A DNA stretch of 63,116 nt, filler included, from Kipferlia bialata (GCA_003568945.1; 7 parts of 7 records of this genome joined end to end with filler, not necessarily neighbours in it); one strand, 5' to 3'. Counted from the whole stretch's first letter, positions 26,890 to 40,265 are shown. Program-made: numbers and translations. The notes: a model not told the origin generated them from the letters alone.

Positions 26890-27516
26890 TATGAACAGTC
26901 TAATGCTCAGGCCACCAGATTGTCATCTCCTGTCCCAGGATGGACTACCAGCTGCTGAAGGGGGACATGGTGCTCCTATTCAGGTATATATACACACAAT
27001 ATATATACATATATATATACATATTTGCATTTGTGTATATGAGTGTCCCAAGATGGACTACCAGCTGTGGAAGGGGGACATGGTGTTGCTGTTCAGGTAT
27101 ATATATACGTATACATAGTGGATATATATATATATATATCTGGTCAGCAGGTACACACATACATGATGGACTGAAGGGGGATATGGTGCTCCTATTCAGG
27201 TTTGTTACAATAATTATTTTCACAATGGAGTCTTGATTCATAGGTTACGACGTGATTCGACTCCGCATTATCAGATTGTTTTCACCCTAGGACCCCCTCC
27301 CTCCACACCCCCTCCATGCCCTTTGAGTATGTGATATATATTCATACATATATACTATATATATACACATATAAGTCTCTATCTAATAGTCTATATACGT
27401 ATCTGTATCTCTATATACCTCACCAAAGAACCCCCTCCCTCCACACCCCCTCCATGCCCTTTGAGTCCGTGGGGGAGCCAGCAACACCCGTGGCTAGGTC
27501 AATATCGCAGTTCTAG
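22139..27516 (+). CDS. Slo/BK-family K+ channel, C-terminal RCK2 region; 5' partial
   Basis: The spliced peptide NVTWVKGDTHRRNDYAKAGL...AVVIPAD...ADSSNLM...SAFYRSGSMVPALSDILPF...HQIVISCP.MDYQLLKGDMVLLFR resembles Slo RCK2 motifs (GSPL..DL.RA, F(A)CG, VITNP...L...D.I). Stop TAG at 27514-27516. Confidence 0.72.
24684..25475 (+). repeat. Donor-side echo array: 6 copies of (V)EHGLPYST|GT after the exon at 24684-24731
   Basis: TGGAGCATGGCCTGCC(A/G)TACTC(A/G)ACAG|GTA ends at 24731 (the exon), 24833, 24963, 25090, 25221, 25352 and 25473. Confidence 0.92.
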
Positions 27517-28758
27517 GTCCAACAGTGATCTATGTCACGACTTAGAGGCCTCAATTAGGTCAAAGAGTGGTCTATCTATTTCGCAGGTCGTAGTGTCTAA
27601 ATGGGAGCCCGTTGTGGCGCAGTTTGTTTCATCTTTTAACCTCACACTTGATGCATAACCGTGGTCCGTTGGACTTGTACATGGAATGTCAGGTGTGGGG
27701 ACAGTCTATTTTGAATAGATATCATGTTGCAAACCTAACTTGTCTAAGTTGTAATTAAGTGATATAGTATATCCTTCGGTTGATACTTGTCACACAGAAT
27801 AGAGTGGGATATCACTGTATGTGTCCCCGTTTGGTGTATCGTCCTCCACATAATATATGTCTCTCTCTCTCTCTCCCCCCCCCCCCCCCCCCCCCCACCC
27901 CCCCCCCCCCCCCNNNNNNNNNNNNNNNNNNNNNNNNNNNNNNNNNNNNNNNNNNNNNNNNNNNNNNNNNNNNNNNNNNNNNNNNNNNNNNNNNNNNNNN
28001 NNNNNNNNNNNNNNNNNNNNNNNNNNNNNNNNNNNNNNNNNNNNNNNNNNNNNNNNNNNNNNNNNNNNNNNNNNNNNNNNNNNNNNNNNNNNNNNNNNNN
28101 NNNNNNNNNNNNNNNNNNNNNNNNNNNNNNNNNNNNNNNNNNNNNNNNNNNNNNNNNNNNNNNNNNNNNNNNNNNNNNNNNNNNNNNNNNNNNNNNNNNN
28201 NNNNNNNNNNNNNNNNNNNNNNNNNNNNNNNNNNNNNNNNNNNNNNNNNNNNNNNNNNNNNNNNNNNNNNNNNNNNNNNNNNNNNNNNNNNNNNNNNNNN
28301 NNNNNNNNNNNNNNNNNNNNNNNNNNNNNNNNNNNNNNNNNNNNNNNNNNNNNNNNNNNNNNNNNNNNNNNNNNNNNNNNNNNNNNNNNNNNNNNNNNNN
28401 NNNNNNNNNNNNNNNNNNNNNNNNNNNNNNNNNNNNNNNNNNNNNNNNNNNNNNNNNNNNNNNNNNNNNNNNNNNNNNNNNNNNNNNNNNNNNNNNNNNN
28501 NNNNNNNNNNNNNNNNNNNNNNNNNNNNNNNNNNNNNNNNNNNNNNNNNNNNNNNNNNNNNNNNNNNNNNNNNNNNNNNNNNNNNNNNNNNNNNNNNNNN
28601 NNNNNNNNNNNNNNNNNNNNNNNNNNNNNNNNNNNNNNNNNNNNNNNNNNNNNNNNNNNNNNNNNNNAAGGGGATGAGGGGGGGGGGGGGGGGGGGGGGG
28701 GGGAGGAGGAGGAGAGAGAGAGAGACAAAGCAACAATGATATGTGGTGTCTCTGCGTA

Positions 28759-30447
28759 CCTGTTGGCATGTCAGGTGGGCAGATGACCTTCTGCCAGGAG
28801 GCAGGGACCTCAATAGGCACAGCATCGTCCTGGTATCAGTGCACATATAGTAGAGTCGAGTGAATTGTGTTTGGGGTATACCCCTACTGATAATGACGCT
28901 GGCGCTCAGACTATACTATACACACCACCCGTACCGTTGTGCCTGTGCTGATTCCGCTAAAGTCAAAGAACAGGGACTCAGAGACCAGTGCTAGGGCCCC
29001 CTCAGTCAGCTTGAACCTAGGGGGGGGGGGGGGGGGGAAGTATTATATATATATGATAAATTATGAAGTATTATATATATATATGATTAACTATGGAATA
29101 TATACACTGTGCCCATACCTGACGTCTGGTGCTGCCCCGGCCAGGTTGCCCTGGGAGAGGTTCTTGAGGATGGAGATGCCACTCTTGAGGATGGAGAGCA
29201 GAGAGGTGTCACGGAAGGACACAATGACCTGGGGGTGAGACACAGAGAGAGCGTGTGTGTGGAAGAGAGGAGTATCACTGTGATACACTGGTGTCCCGTA
29301 CCTTCCTGTTCCTCACAAGGGGCAGCCTGCGCCGAGTGCTGAACTCACCCACAAAGGCTGTCATGATACGGAGGCCAAGCAGGATCCTAGGGTGAGTAGT
29401 ATCACATAGTCTCACACACAGTATCTCTTGCATCCACATAGCAAACACCAACCACTCCCGCAACACATGTATAGACCAACGACGGTACAATAGGACACAC
29501 ACAAACACCAATTCCCACCTAGCTGGCTCCTTGTCATCGGACACCCACATACATATGTTTATCTCTATGACAACACACACAAGGATACACAGCCTTCTCC
29601 TGACTGGCTCCTTGTCCCCGGCAATATATATATAAATATACATACATACATATACCCACTTCCTCTCACCTAGCTGGCTCCTTGTCCTCGGACAGCCTGT
29701 GCAGACTGGTGAAGCAGTCCCTAAAGTAGAAGGACTCGAACCAGTACTGCTTCACAAACCCACAGAAGGAGTGGATGATGACTCTCACAGCCATATCCGG
29801 CATAACAGACCCCCTCTCGTCCAGAAGATCCACAAGAACCTGGGGTGGGGCACGTGTAGGAGGTATGACATCATATCATATTGGTCCAAACAACCAGCAC
29901 CGCACTCAATTACTGTATATATATTAGCGTATGTGTATATGCGTATGTAAATGCATTGTGGAAGGGTCACAAGACAGGGACACGGCTTGAGATATTAGTA
30001 TGGGTGGAAACGCAGAAAGAACCCATGTACCACACATACGCAATACGTATATACCACCTGTGCCACTTGTATCACAGTGTCACAGACGAACATCCAACCA
30101 AATACACTGGCCTAGAGCCACTCTCGGATGAAGTCCACCCCATACACCCACATAGGTGCAGTATATACGTATATACACACAACCCATACCTTGCATGTCT
30201 GGACTGCACTGTCAACAGAGGGTGGGGAGGCAGCCAGGATGCGGTTGAGCTGCTGGGCTGCCACAAAGATGGAGTACTCGCTCTGGGACTGCTTGAGCAC
30301 ATCGTGGATGAGGTTGAGCTGGTCAGACACTCCGATACTGTTGAATATGCGCGATATCTCAGCCTCAGCCTTAGGCCTCTCAACTGGGTCACCAGAGGTG
30401 AGGGCCGTAAGGGCTAGGGCCTCAAACTGGGCGATGGTGGCGGCCAT
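28759..30447 (-). CDS. XPO7: Exportin-7 / RanBP16-17 N-terminal part; truncated at the poly-G tract and N gap
   Basis: Peptides: MAATIAQFEAL...PKAEAEI; FCGFVKQYWFE; ILLGLRIMTAFVGEF; RKVIVSFRDTSLLSI; SESLFFDFSG; VPIEVPASW. These match the XPO7 motifs SFRDxSL, FDFIG and IPTSW. Confidence 0.82.
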
Positions 30448-30625
30448 TTCGACTCACTCTCAGCACTACTCCTCAGTACTGTAGAAGAGATTGGATGACA
30501 AATTCGCAATGTTGATTGTAAACATTGCTTCCGAACTCCAATGCGTTGACTTGACTGAATCAATGACATTGCAATTGATGACGATTGATCTTGCGTCCCA
30601 TCGGTGTACTGTTCTCTCTGAATCA

Positions 30626-31360
30626 ATGGCAGAGGCTGTGGAGTCCAGGAACCGTGAGGTGGAGGCCAGTGTGGAACCTCTCACTCCTGTCCCCGAGACA
30701 GTGACGGTTCCTCGCTGTGCCGTGCCAAAGCACGTCAGAGAGGTGGGATACAATATAGCTCTGTCGCAGGGAAATGGTTCAGGCCTCTCTGTTTGCGACT
30801 TCAGCCGGGTTTATAGCAGAGTCATTGACTGGAGTTAACTATACAACATGTATTGGCTGCTGCCGCTGCCAGCGTCGAGGTAAATATTGGGACATGTTGT
30901 CTTCTGTGCTCATTCGAGTTTCGCACATGCATCTGACCTCCAGGCCAACAAGACCAATGGCATCCCCAACCCCTTCGCCACCCTTCACAACACCCACAAG
31001 CCTGTGCAGTTCTGGCAGATCCTCAAGGTGGGTATTCATACTGTATACCTTGCATGAATTCATCTACTGTTATCGAGTCCCCACCCTAGATTGTGTTCAT
31101 CCCCCTGCAGCTCCTGCGCTTTGCAGTCATCCTCCTCGACCTCATGATCGCATGCCCCCTCTCCAAGATCGTTCTCTTCGGCTGTGACCTTGAGAAGGGC
31201 GGTGCGTATTCCTATACTGTCTCTGTCTCTGTCTCTGTGTTGGGGTCCATCCACCTCTCCCATCTCCAACCCCCAGGCCCCCCCACTGGCTTCAGGGGCT
31301 TTGTGTTCCGTTCCCTTGCCAGGAAGATGGCCAGGTGGGTAGATGTGTTGAATTGCTCTC

Positions 31361-31391
<31 letters not shown>

Positions 31392-32670
31392 CTATATATA
31401 TAATATTACCTGGAAGATGGCCGGGTGTATATATGGGGTTATATAATGTAACTTATATTGTTTCTTCACATCATCCCCAGTGTCCACTACCATCTGACCC
31501 AGGCTCTATCTGTTCATGATGGGATACTGGAACATCAAGCACGTCAACAGGCACAACGAGGACAAGACGGCCTCCCTCATTGTCTCCAACCACGTCTCAG
31601 GTATGTATATATGTATACTAGTGCATATATCTATTGTGTTCTGACCCCCAGGTGCTGACGCTGTTCTCCTCATGTCCCAGCTGGTGCCTGCCTTTGTGGC
31701 CAAGTCCGAGGTCAGGGACTGGCTCTTCTTCGGCACCCTGGCCACAGCACTCAGGTCCCTCTTTGTCGAGAGGAAGGTCGACAAGAAGGTAGGAGGGTTG
31801 AGTATTCACTTGATAGCGCTGGCATAAGTGCACTCTTAACCCGGCTTTTCTCTCTCTCACCCTCAGGTCCCAGGTGCCATGACTGGCACTGAGGCCATCG
31901 CCAACAGGGTCCAGAACGCCAAGCCCTCCGACCCTCCCCTGGTCATCTTCCCAGAGGGTGAGTGCATGTGGTACTACTATACATACTGTGCATAGTGTTT
32001 TCTGTTGTGCCTCCAGTATCCTATCCCTCCGCCCCTCTCTAACACACCAGGCACCACCACCAACCAGACCGGTGTCCTCCCCTTCAAGTCCGGTGCCTTC
32101 AGGGCAGGGGTCCCATGCCAGCCCATCGTGCTGAGGTAGGGATATGTGTATATATCTATGTATATGTATAAACTTTCACTGTGTATATGACCCCCACCCC
32201 CAGGTACTTCTGGGCCTTCACCGACCAGAGCGATGCCTGCCGTGACACCATCCTCTGCGGCATCAGACTCTGCAGGTATAGTAACAGATACATATACACT
32301 AGATCCACGCACTCATGTTTCTCTTCTGACCCCCAGGGAGTTCTTCAACCGCGTTGAGATTGAGTGGCTCCCCATGTACCACCCCTCCCAGGAGGAGAAG
32401 GAGAACCCCACCCTCTACGCAGAGAACGTCCGTACACTCATCGGTAAGGCCTACATTCACATATACACATATATATATATGTATATATAGGTACGACCCT
32501 GTCTTCCTACGAGTATATGTTCCCCCCATAGCCCCCCCCCCCCCTACTCACCCCCAGCCACCAGCATGGGTGTCGAGAAGGTGCCCTTCTCATTCACCGA
32601 CAAGCAGGTGTACCTCGGCAAGAAGCCTCTCAGTGCTGGATGCCCCCAGTGGCTGGAGTCCTTCGGAGAG
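30626..32670 (+). CDS. Lysophospholipid acyltransferase (LPCAT/LPEAT-like, PlsC domain); 3' end not reached
   Basis: Spliced motifs: IVSNHVSGAD (HxxxxD), FVAKSEV, LVIFPEGTTTNQTGVLPFKSGAF, PCQPIVLRY, EIEWLPMYHPSQEEKENPTLYAENVR. Confidence 0.92.
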
Positions 32671-32839
32671 GTCAGTCATGTGTGTGTATATATACTGTAT
32701 ATTTGTAGCGTTGAGTATGCTGGTCCTTGCCTTGACTTATGTCAGGCCCGTAAATACCCAGACAATATCTTGGATTCCCTGTTTGGTTTCATTTAGAGGC
32801 CGTCTACTATGTCATTACATGGGATACTAATGAGGTGCT

Positions 32840-32879
<40 letters not shown>

Positions 32880-32895
32880 TCCCCCCCCCCCCCCC

Positions 32896-32995
32896 NNNNN
32901 NNNNNNNNNNNNNNNNNNNNNNNNNNNNNNNNNNNNNNNTTAATTAATTAANNNNNNNNNNNNNNNNNNNNNNNNNNNNNNNNNNNNNNNNNNNN
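32896..32995. other. Artificial contig linker
   Basis: N-run with TTAATTAATTAA at 32940-32951. Confidence 0.98.
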
Positions 32996-33012
32996 GGTGC
33001 TGTGTGGTGGGT

Positions 33013-33048
<36 letters not shown>

Positions 33049-33094
33049 GTATGTGACTCCCACGGCAGCATGTGTATATATCAGAGTAGCATAC

Positions 33095-35154
33095 CTCCCA
33101 TAAGCTCCTCTCCGGCCTGCACAGGGGCAGGGCCATCGGCACCCTCCTGAGGTGAGACTAATGTGTATAAATAGAGAGGGAGGTAGATATAGATAGATAC
33201 ACTACCATACCTCAGTCTCCCCGTCCTTCACTGCCTGTCCCACTCCCTGCAGGGCCATTCTGATCAGGTCAAGGACCTGGGGGTGAGAGAGGGGAGGGGG
33301 GACTTCTGGTATACACTCATGTATATATATATTGCACACCCCACCTTGCTAGGCTCGTCTGAGTGGCACAGGAACGCGACAGCTGCGGCAGAGGGCAGTC
33401 TCATAGCGAGGACACCCCTGTTGGCAGCATTCAGCACATTGCGCTCAAGCCTAAGGTGAGTGCCATATATGACTGTATGCATTAGTGTGTACATATGTAG
33501 GTATGTATACCTCTGGAGCATGGGCTTCCTCCTGAGGGGCAACATGGCAATGACGTCTGCCACCAGCTGCACCTCATCAAACACATAGGGCACATTCTTG
33601 GGGGGGAGGTAGCTGGGGTAAGAGACAAGGGTTGGGCGAATCAGAGTGTATGTACATATACATACATATCACTGCGTACCCTGACAGCCTATCCTCCTCT
33701 GCTGTGGACCTCCTCACATCGGGGAGGCTCAGGACCTGGGATCAGGGGAGGGGTATGATAAAATACAAACACTGGGGACGAGAGCATATCCATGATGTCG
33801 AATGGTCTCTAAATCAATACACATCCACCCTCTCTCTGCAGTACCTCAGGTCCGAGCAGGGACACCAGGAGTGCTGCCTTGTTCCTGGCGGTGGATGCTG
33901 CAAAGACATAGTCCACAAAGGCAGAGGCGTGGCCATGGGTGTAGTCCTTGTGCACTGGGGGTGAGGCACAGGGTGACGGAGGTACCATATAGGAATATCT
34001 TCCTATGTGTGTATATACATGTATGTGTATGTCTGTACCTGTAGCTGTGAGTGACTGTGCGCATGTCTTGACAAAGGGGGTGCCCAGGAGGTCACACAGC
34101 TTGATCAGCACGTGGTAGCCATACTGCATCTGGGACACCTGGGGATTAGGATAGATATATATATATATATACATACATGGAGAGAGAGCATGTGAGGAGG
34201 AGATAGTACCGTGCCATACTGTATCTGGGACACCTCGGGGTGGGGTAAAGTGGAGATAGACATACTATGTAGAGAGTGGAGAAATAATAGTACCGTACCT
34301 CGTGGATGTGAGGGATGATCTCGTCTGCGATGGCCTGCCTCTCAGCCTTTGTGCCACACTTGAGCAGGGACTGCATCACCTGGGGGGTGAGATGAGTGAC
34401 TGTCAGATATACATATACTCAGATCTATATGGGTTCTATTATAGAGTGAAGAGTATACATAAATATAAACATATATATAATCCTCACCCTGGACGTGTCT
34501 CTCCTCCTTGCGAACTTGACCACCTTGCCCTTGATGTCCCTGACCACAGAGGCACGGGCAGTGTCACGGTTCTGGGGTGAGGGTATAGTGAGGGGGTTGA
34601 GGAATGGATAGAGGTATAGGGAGGAGGTATATGGATAGACTGGTACAAAAACACACATTATAGAGAAGTGTCATGGCTATGTGTGAGACATATCACATTG
34701 TATACAAAGCATACCTCCTGTGCGATCTTCTTGTTGGCAAAGATCTCCCATCTCTGCAGCACCTCCTGCACTGGGGTAAGGGGCAGGGTGGATATGTACA
34801 CTGACACATATGCGGGTAATAGATACACGGGTACATTGCCCAGATGTATACAGATAGAAGGATCTATGAAGCAAGCAACACACAACAACATACTCACTCA
34901 CCGAGATCAAAGTCGGGGTTCTGGAAGCGCTTCCTCTCACGGAGCTCCTCCTTGTTGAGGGGAGCCTCTGACAGTGAGGAAGTGGTACTTTGCAGAAGTA
35001 GAGAGAGAAGGACTGCTCATACACTCAGCTAGCCATAACGGTATGTCACCCAACCAGCAGTGATACACCTCAAATCCCCACTATACCATTCCACACACTG
35101 CATAAACCACTACGTACGTCTCTTCTCCGCCTGGTGTACCCTGGGACCAGCCAT
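33095..35154 (-). CDS. PUF6: PUF6/PUM3 (Puf-A) pumilio-repeat nucleolar protein; 3' partial
   Basis: MAGPRVHQAEKR...EELRERKR...LQRWE...IKGKVVKFARRRDTSRVMQSLLKCGTKAERQAIADEI...SQMQYGYHVLIKL fits the Puf6 pattern HD.SRVIQ...G..EQR. Confidence 0.8.
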
Positions 35155-35347
35155 TCTATGTCTAGTCGCAAAGAGTGCGGCCAAGATATGGAGCCTCACC
35201 ACGAATCCTCCGACTCCGTCTTCGGAGAATTGTCGGAGAGACCTTGGATTCAGATATGCAGTCTGGTTGCCTCTCTCTGCTGCACCCGTTGCTGTCACCC
35301 AGAGAGACTGCCAGTACACCACAGAGTAGTACACGACAGCAGTGGAT

Positions 35348-38045
35348 ATGTCTGACATGGAGGACAGTCTGCCCGACCGCCCTGTGGGTGAGGGGGAGCT
35401 AGCCTTTGACGTGTCTGGGGAGGGGTCTGATATGGAGGGTATGGAGGACATGGCAGATGAGGACCTGTACATGGAGGGGACCAACTCCCAGATGGACTCG
35501 GACGAGGAGAGTGACGAGGAGAGCAGCATGGCCGAGATCGCAAAGGTAGGGGGACCTATTGGAGTTGGGTTGATACCGGTACCGGTACTGACCATGTGTC
35601 ATTTCAATATTGCAGATAGTGTTATATCATACGTATAGCGATCAGTGCTGTGGCTCTATCAGTGTGGCACTCTGTAGTGAGTCACTTTCTGTCTTGATAT
35701 ATTCACATATATGTTACCAGTGGATCTGAATATTCTTGCTCCATTGCAATCCATTACTATACTACCATGTGCACTCTCCACCTCTCTCTCCCCACTATCC
35801 CACCCACCCTCAGGCCGCTCTGTTTGGATCCAAGCCAACCTTCAGAGGAAAGACCAGGTGGGCCATATTAGCAGAGACTGGACCATATCTTAGTCAGTCT
35901 ATACATTCTATATATACATGTCTGGGGCACCACTCCAGTTGTTCACAACATGCCTGCGTGTTTGTATTACTTGTGTGTCAATATACCCCCCCCCCCCGGT
36001 AGTGTGACTCTTTGACACTGTCCACTTGATAGTCTCTCTATCTGCCCTCCCACTCTTCCACCTCCCCTGACCGCCAGGCCCCAGACTGAGTCTGACGAGG
36101 AGTCCGATGCCGACGCCCCTGCCTGGGCCAGAAAGGCCAAGAGGGTGCAGAGAGACGCAGGGGCAGTCAGCGCAGCACAGGTGGGGTGTCCAATGTGTAT
36201 ATGGCTGTGTATCATCATGTCTCACCCCAGTCCTCTGCCGCCCTGGTGCGTGCCAAGCCCAAGCCCACCTCCTCCCTAAGGGTTGGGTGGTTCGATGCCA
36301 CAAAGAAGAAGGACCTCAGATCGGTCAGAGGTATGGAGTGTTAGTATACACTACACTATATAGTACCCAGTGAGTGCCCTCCCCTCACCCCCTAGGAGGC
36401 AAGGCCCATGCCGAGGCCACCAAGGCCAGGGGTGGCAAGGGGGCAGTGTCCACCATAGCATTCCACAAGAACAGTCTGCTGTGTGCTGTGGGTGGGCTCG
36501 ATAGGTACAGTGGTGTGGTGGCACTTAGTAGTGACGAGTAGGCACCCTACCACTTTCTCCCCTCCCTCACCCCTTAGGAACCTGTCTGTGTACCATGTCG
36601 ATGGGACTGAGAACGCCAGGCTGCAGGTGCGTACATATCCTCTCCCTTTCTCTTCTCTCCTCCTCCCTATCTGACGTGTCAGAGTGTGCACTTCAAGGAC
36701 ATGCCCCCCAGGACAGCATGGTTCGGAGAGACAGGTAAACACTACATATATGCACACACTCTCTCACCATTAATGTCAGTCTCTATACTGTCCCTCTCAC
36801 CCCCCAGCCATCACGTGCATGGGCAGGAGAGGCCACTACTTCAGCCTGGATCTGCTCTCAGGGGACATAAGCAGGTGGGTAGACAGACAGATACCCTATA
36901 TTTTCCATTCTCTCTCACTCTCTCTCTGATGTACATCTCACCCCCAGGATCGCTGCCACTGTACACGAGAGGGGTGCCCTACTCAGCCATGAGATAGCAG
37001 CACCGGCACCAAACATGCCATACTTTGCAGGTACAGACACACACACACACTCTCTCTCTCTCATAGTCATATCACTCTCTCACCCTCTCACCCCCAGTTG
37101 CTGGTGCCAATGGCTATGTGTACATTGTGTCCACAGTGACCAGGGCGGTGCTGCACAGGATACACACCAACGCAAACGTGCTCTGCCTCTGCTGGCTGGG
37201 GGGAGACGTCCCAAGGCTGGTTGTCGGAGGTACCCGCAGATAGTGCCTATCATGCCCTATATGTAACATACCCCAGTTCCATCCGCAGTATACAGATAGA
37301 TAGATATGCACCCCTTACGCCAGGCCGTGGTGGCAGGGTGTATGTATTCAGCGTGTCCCCCACCCGGTTGAGTCTGCTGTGTGACTTCAGGGACCAGGGC
37401 GCAGCATCAGTCACGGCTGTCGCAGGTAGGGGGGCATATATATAGTAGCAGCAGTCACTCAGTGATACATACTACTCTCCCCTGTATCCGTGTCCCACCC
37501 CCAGGCACTGTCAATGGCAACAGGCTGTATGTGGGCCAGGACAGCGGTATAGTCAATGTCTATGACGTGGATGGGGCCTCCCTCTCACAGGAGATGGTGC
37601 CTGTGGGTGTCATTGACTGTCTGACAACAGACGTGACCACAATTGCACCACACCCATCAGGTGAGGGGGAGACACTCTCACGCATTCATGAATATATATG
37701 TATATATATGTATAAACCCTCTTACCCTAGGTGTGATGGTTGCTGTGGCCTCTGACAAGCTCAAGGACTCTGCCCGGATAGTGTCCATGGCACCCAGTGG
37801 CAAGCCCAGTGTCTGTCAGAACTGGCCACCAGGTGCGGCAGTCCCTCTCTCTATATATAATTGTATTATATATTACATTCGTATCCCACTGACCCCCAGG
37901 GCTGAACAAGGGTGGTAGCAAGAACCTGGGCAAGGTGACCGCCATGGCCTGGAGCCCTAACGGCAGGTGGCTGTGTGTGGGCAATGCCAGGGGCAGGGTG
38001 GCCATGTGGTCTGTCACATACTTTGAGCAGAACCCAGTGGAGTGA
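35348..38045 (+). CDS. UTP18: UTP18 (U3 snoRNP WD40 protein)
   Basis: Acidic N-terminus; PAW; VGGLDRNLSVYHVDGTEN; GQDSGIVNVYD; ASDKLKDSARIV; SVCQNWP; MAWSPNGRWLCVGNARGRVAMW...*. Confidence 0.87.
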
Positions 38046-38375
38046 CTCCAGGGGGGTCAGCAGTGTCTTTCAATAAACTCGTTAGTGTGAGGGACTGTAT
38101 ATCAAAGCGTGGGACTGAGACTCTCAGTGAGAGGCCACCCCAAACACAATGCATTGCAACACTGAATCAGGGACCTTTAACAGAGTCGGCAGTGATGGTA
38201 GATCTAATCAAAATACAACTTTTATACATAGGAACAAGACTTCTGGTACCAATACCAGTACCCACAACACACAAAGAGGGTCTCAGATCTATTGGAATGT
38301 ATTCCAGATCATCCACACTTCAGTCGATGTTCCACAATAACAATGGCTAAAATCGAAGCATAAGCCTCAATCAAA

Positions 38376-38945
38376 TTACTGGAAGTTGAACTGGATGTTC
38401 TTTCCGGTAAGGCGGCGGTAGACACGGGTGTAGGTGTCAAGGCGAGCCTCAGCCTCGGCGCGGTGGCCGTTGTCAAGGAAGATCTCCATGGAGTTGGTTC
38501 CGTTGGACTTGAAGTGGGTGCGCTTGCCGGTCACGTGGTAGGGGTGCACGAGGTCGTCGAGGATAGCCTCGTGGACGGTGGTGAGGGTGCGGGACCTGGG
38601 GCGGAGCACGGTGGTGTTTCCGGCGGCACGGCTGGGGGCAGCCATGATCTTGCGGGCACCGATGATCACGAACTGGTACTCGGGGAACTTCTTCTCGAGC
38701 TCAGTCACGAGACGCTCAGAGATCTCCTTGAAGAGGTTGAGGAGGGGGAAGGGGACGTACACAAGGGCGGCCTTGCGGGCGGCTCCCTCGAAGGAGAAAG
38801 TCTTGACGGAGGTGATGTAGAGCTTCTTCATCACAACGCCGATCTCGGATCCGGACTCCTCGATGTCGAACAGAGCGGTAGCAACCTGCTTCTCGAAGTC
38901 GGTGACATCACCGGAGGTCTTGTGGAGCTTACGGCCAGTGAACAT
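38376..38945 (-). CDS. RPS7: 40S ribosomal protein S7 (eS7), intronless CDS
   Basis: 189-aa ORF containing RLVTELEKKF, RPRSRTLTTVHEAILDDLV and VYRRLTGK; strongly C/G-ending codons. Confidence 0.97.
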   Translation of the reverse strand: MFTGRKLHKTSGDVTDFEKQVATALFDIEESGSEIGVVMKKLYITSVKTFSFEGAARKAALVYVPFPLLNLFKEISERLVTELEKKFPEYQFVIIGARKIMAAPSRAAGNTTVLRPRSRTLTTVHEAILDDLVHPYHVTGKRTHFKSNGTNSMEIFLDNGHRAEAEARLDTYTRVYRRLTGKNIQFNFQ

Positions 38946-38948
38946 TTT

Positions 38949-39048
38949 CTGAGGTAAGAGGATGCATCCTTAAACACACCTACACCACACTATAACTACC
39001 CCAATGCATCAGGATCTCTGAACAGGCACCATATCCACTGTATCCTAC
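38949..39048 (-). other. Probable 5'-UTR intron of RPS7
   Basis: Minus strand reads AG|GTAGGA...CTCTTACCTCAG|AAAATG, with the typical acceptor motif 3 nt before the ATG. Confidence 0.6.
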
Positions 39049-39335
39049 CTAAGGAACTAGAACACGTCAGAAAAGGCTCATTCACCATCCAAGGCTCATT
39101 GGCCTCAAAGTGCAACTCTTGCACTAAAAGTAAAATATTATCAACTTTTAAGCAACCAATTGAAAGCAGGGGTTCAATTGCAACGACCTCTATTTGAAAA
39201 ACATTGTTTTTCAGCAGCCGTTGACAAGTGTTTGCAACGTCGGAAACGTTGGCAACGTTGTAGTAAACACGTTGCAGAGTTGAAGACAGTGAGCAATGAT
39301 GACGCGTTGTCAACAGGCACAACTCTCTTTCAAGT

Positions 39336-40231
39336 ATGATATCCAGGGTAGTGTTGGGGCTACTATGCCTCTTGGTGGCTTGTCTCTGTGAGGAGGAGAA
39401 CCACGTAGTGTCATACTACTCTGGTGTGCGGTTGCAGAGCAGGCGTCCTGACCTGCCATACTTCCTCCACTCCCACGACGTTACATATGGCGCACCCGAC
39501 AACAGATACTCTGTGACCGCCTCTGAGCGCGAGGATGATACCCAGAACATGTGGCAGTACGTTCAAATCTACTCTCCTTGTGTGCATTTTGTAAGACTCG
39601 TGTGAGACACTGATGATGAGTACTCTCCCTTACCCTAGGATATTCCCTGACCCCTCGAAGAGTGGCGAGAAGGGATACACACTGGGGGACGCCCTGATAT
39701 GTGGGGACAACGTGACTCTACTGCACAGCAACAGTGCCAGGTTCCTGACCACCGACCCGTCCCGTGTTTCCATGGTGTCCAAGTCCATGAACAAGAAGAA
39801 CGCATACGAGATATACGCAGATGGGTCCATCAAGAATGAGCCCGAGGGGGCACTCTGGAGGGTTGAGTGTGTCGGGGGCAAGACTGAGGTGCGTCATTAC
39901 TGTGTACTGTTTTCTCTTTTCACAAGACTATCCCTCTGACCCCTAGCCCTGTTCTGGTACCCACAGATGCAGCAGAGACGGGAAGGCAGTCACTACTGGC
40001 ACTCAGGTATACATATGGATATATATATGTGTGTGAATATGTATCCCCATGAGAGAGAGTTCATGGTGTGGTGTCTCGCAGATAGTCCCCTCTCTCTTGT
40101 GTCCATATTGTTATGTCTCTCCCCCTGCCCTGACTGTCAGGTGAAGTTTGTGCACGATGCCTCTGGTGCTGCTCTGCAGTGCACCAACCACAAGTACGGA
40201 CACCCCCTGCAGGGGCAGCTCGAGGTACGGA

Positions 40232-40265
<34 letters not shown>

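Noticed and set aside
23830..27241. Many Y/I/C/S/L-rich ORFs of 60-210 aa
   Set aside because: These are translations of (TA)n/(TG)n/(CT)n intron microsatellites.
1235..27516. Apparent ion-transport gene cluster (SLC12, SLC12, Slo)
   Set aside because: The genes lie on three separate contigs, so the adjacency is artificial.
27744..28846. Six 300-360-aa ORFs in the track
   Set aside because: They read through an N gap and homopolymers.
38463..38957. 164-aa antisense ORF over RPS7
   Set aside because: Shadow of strong codon bias, with no independent evidence. The same applies to 50213-51004 and 47699-48373.
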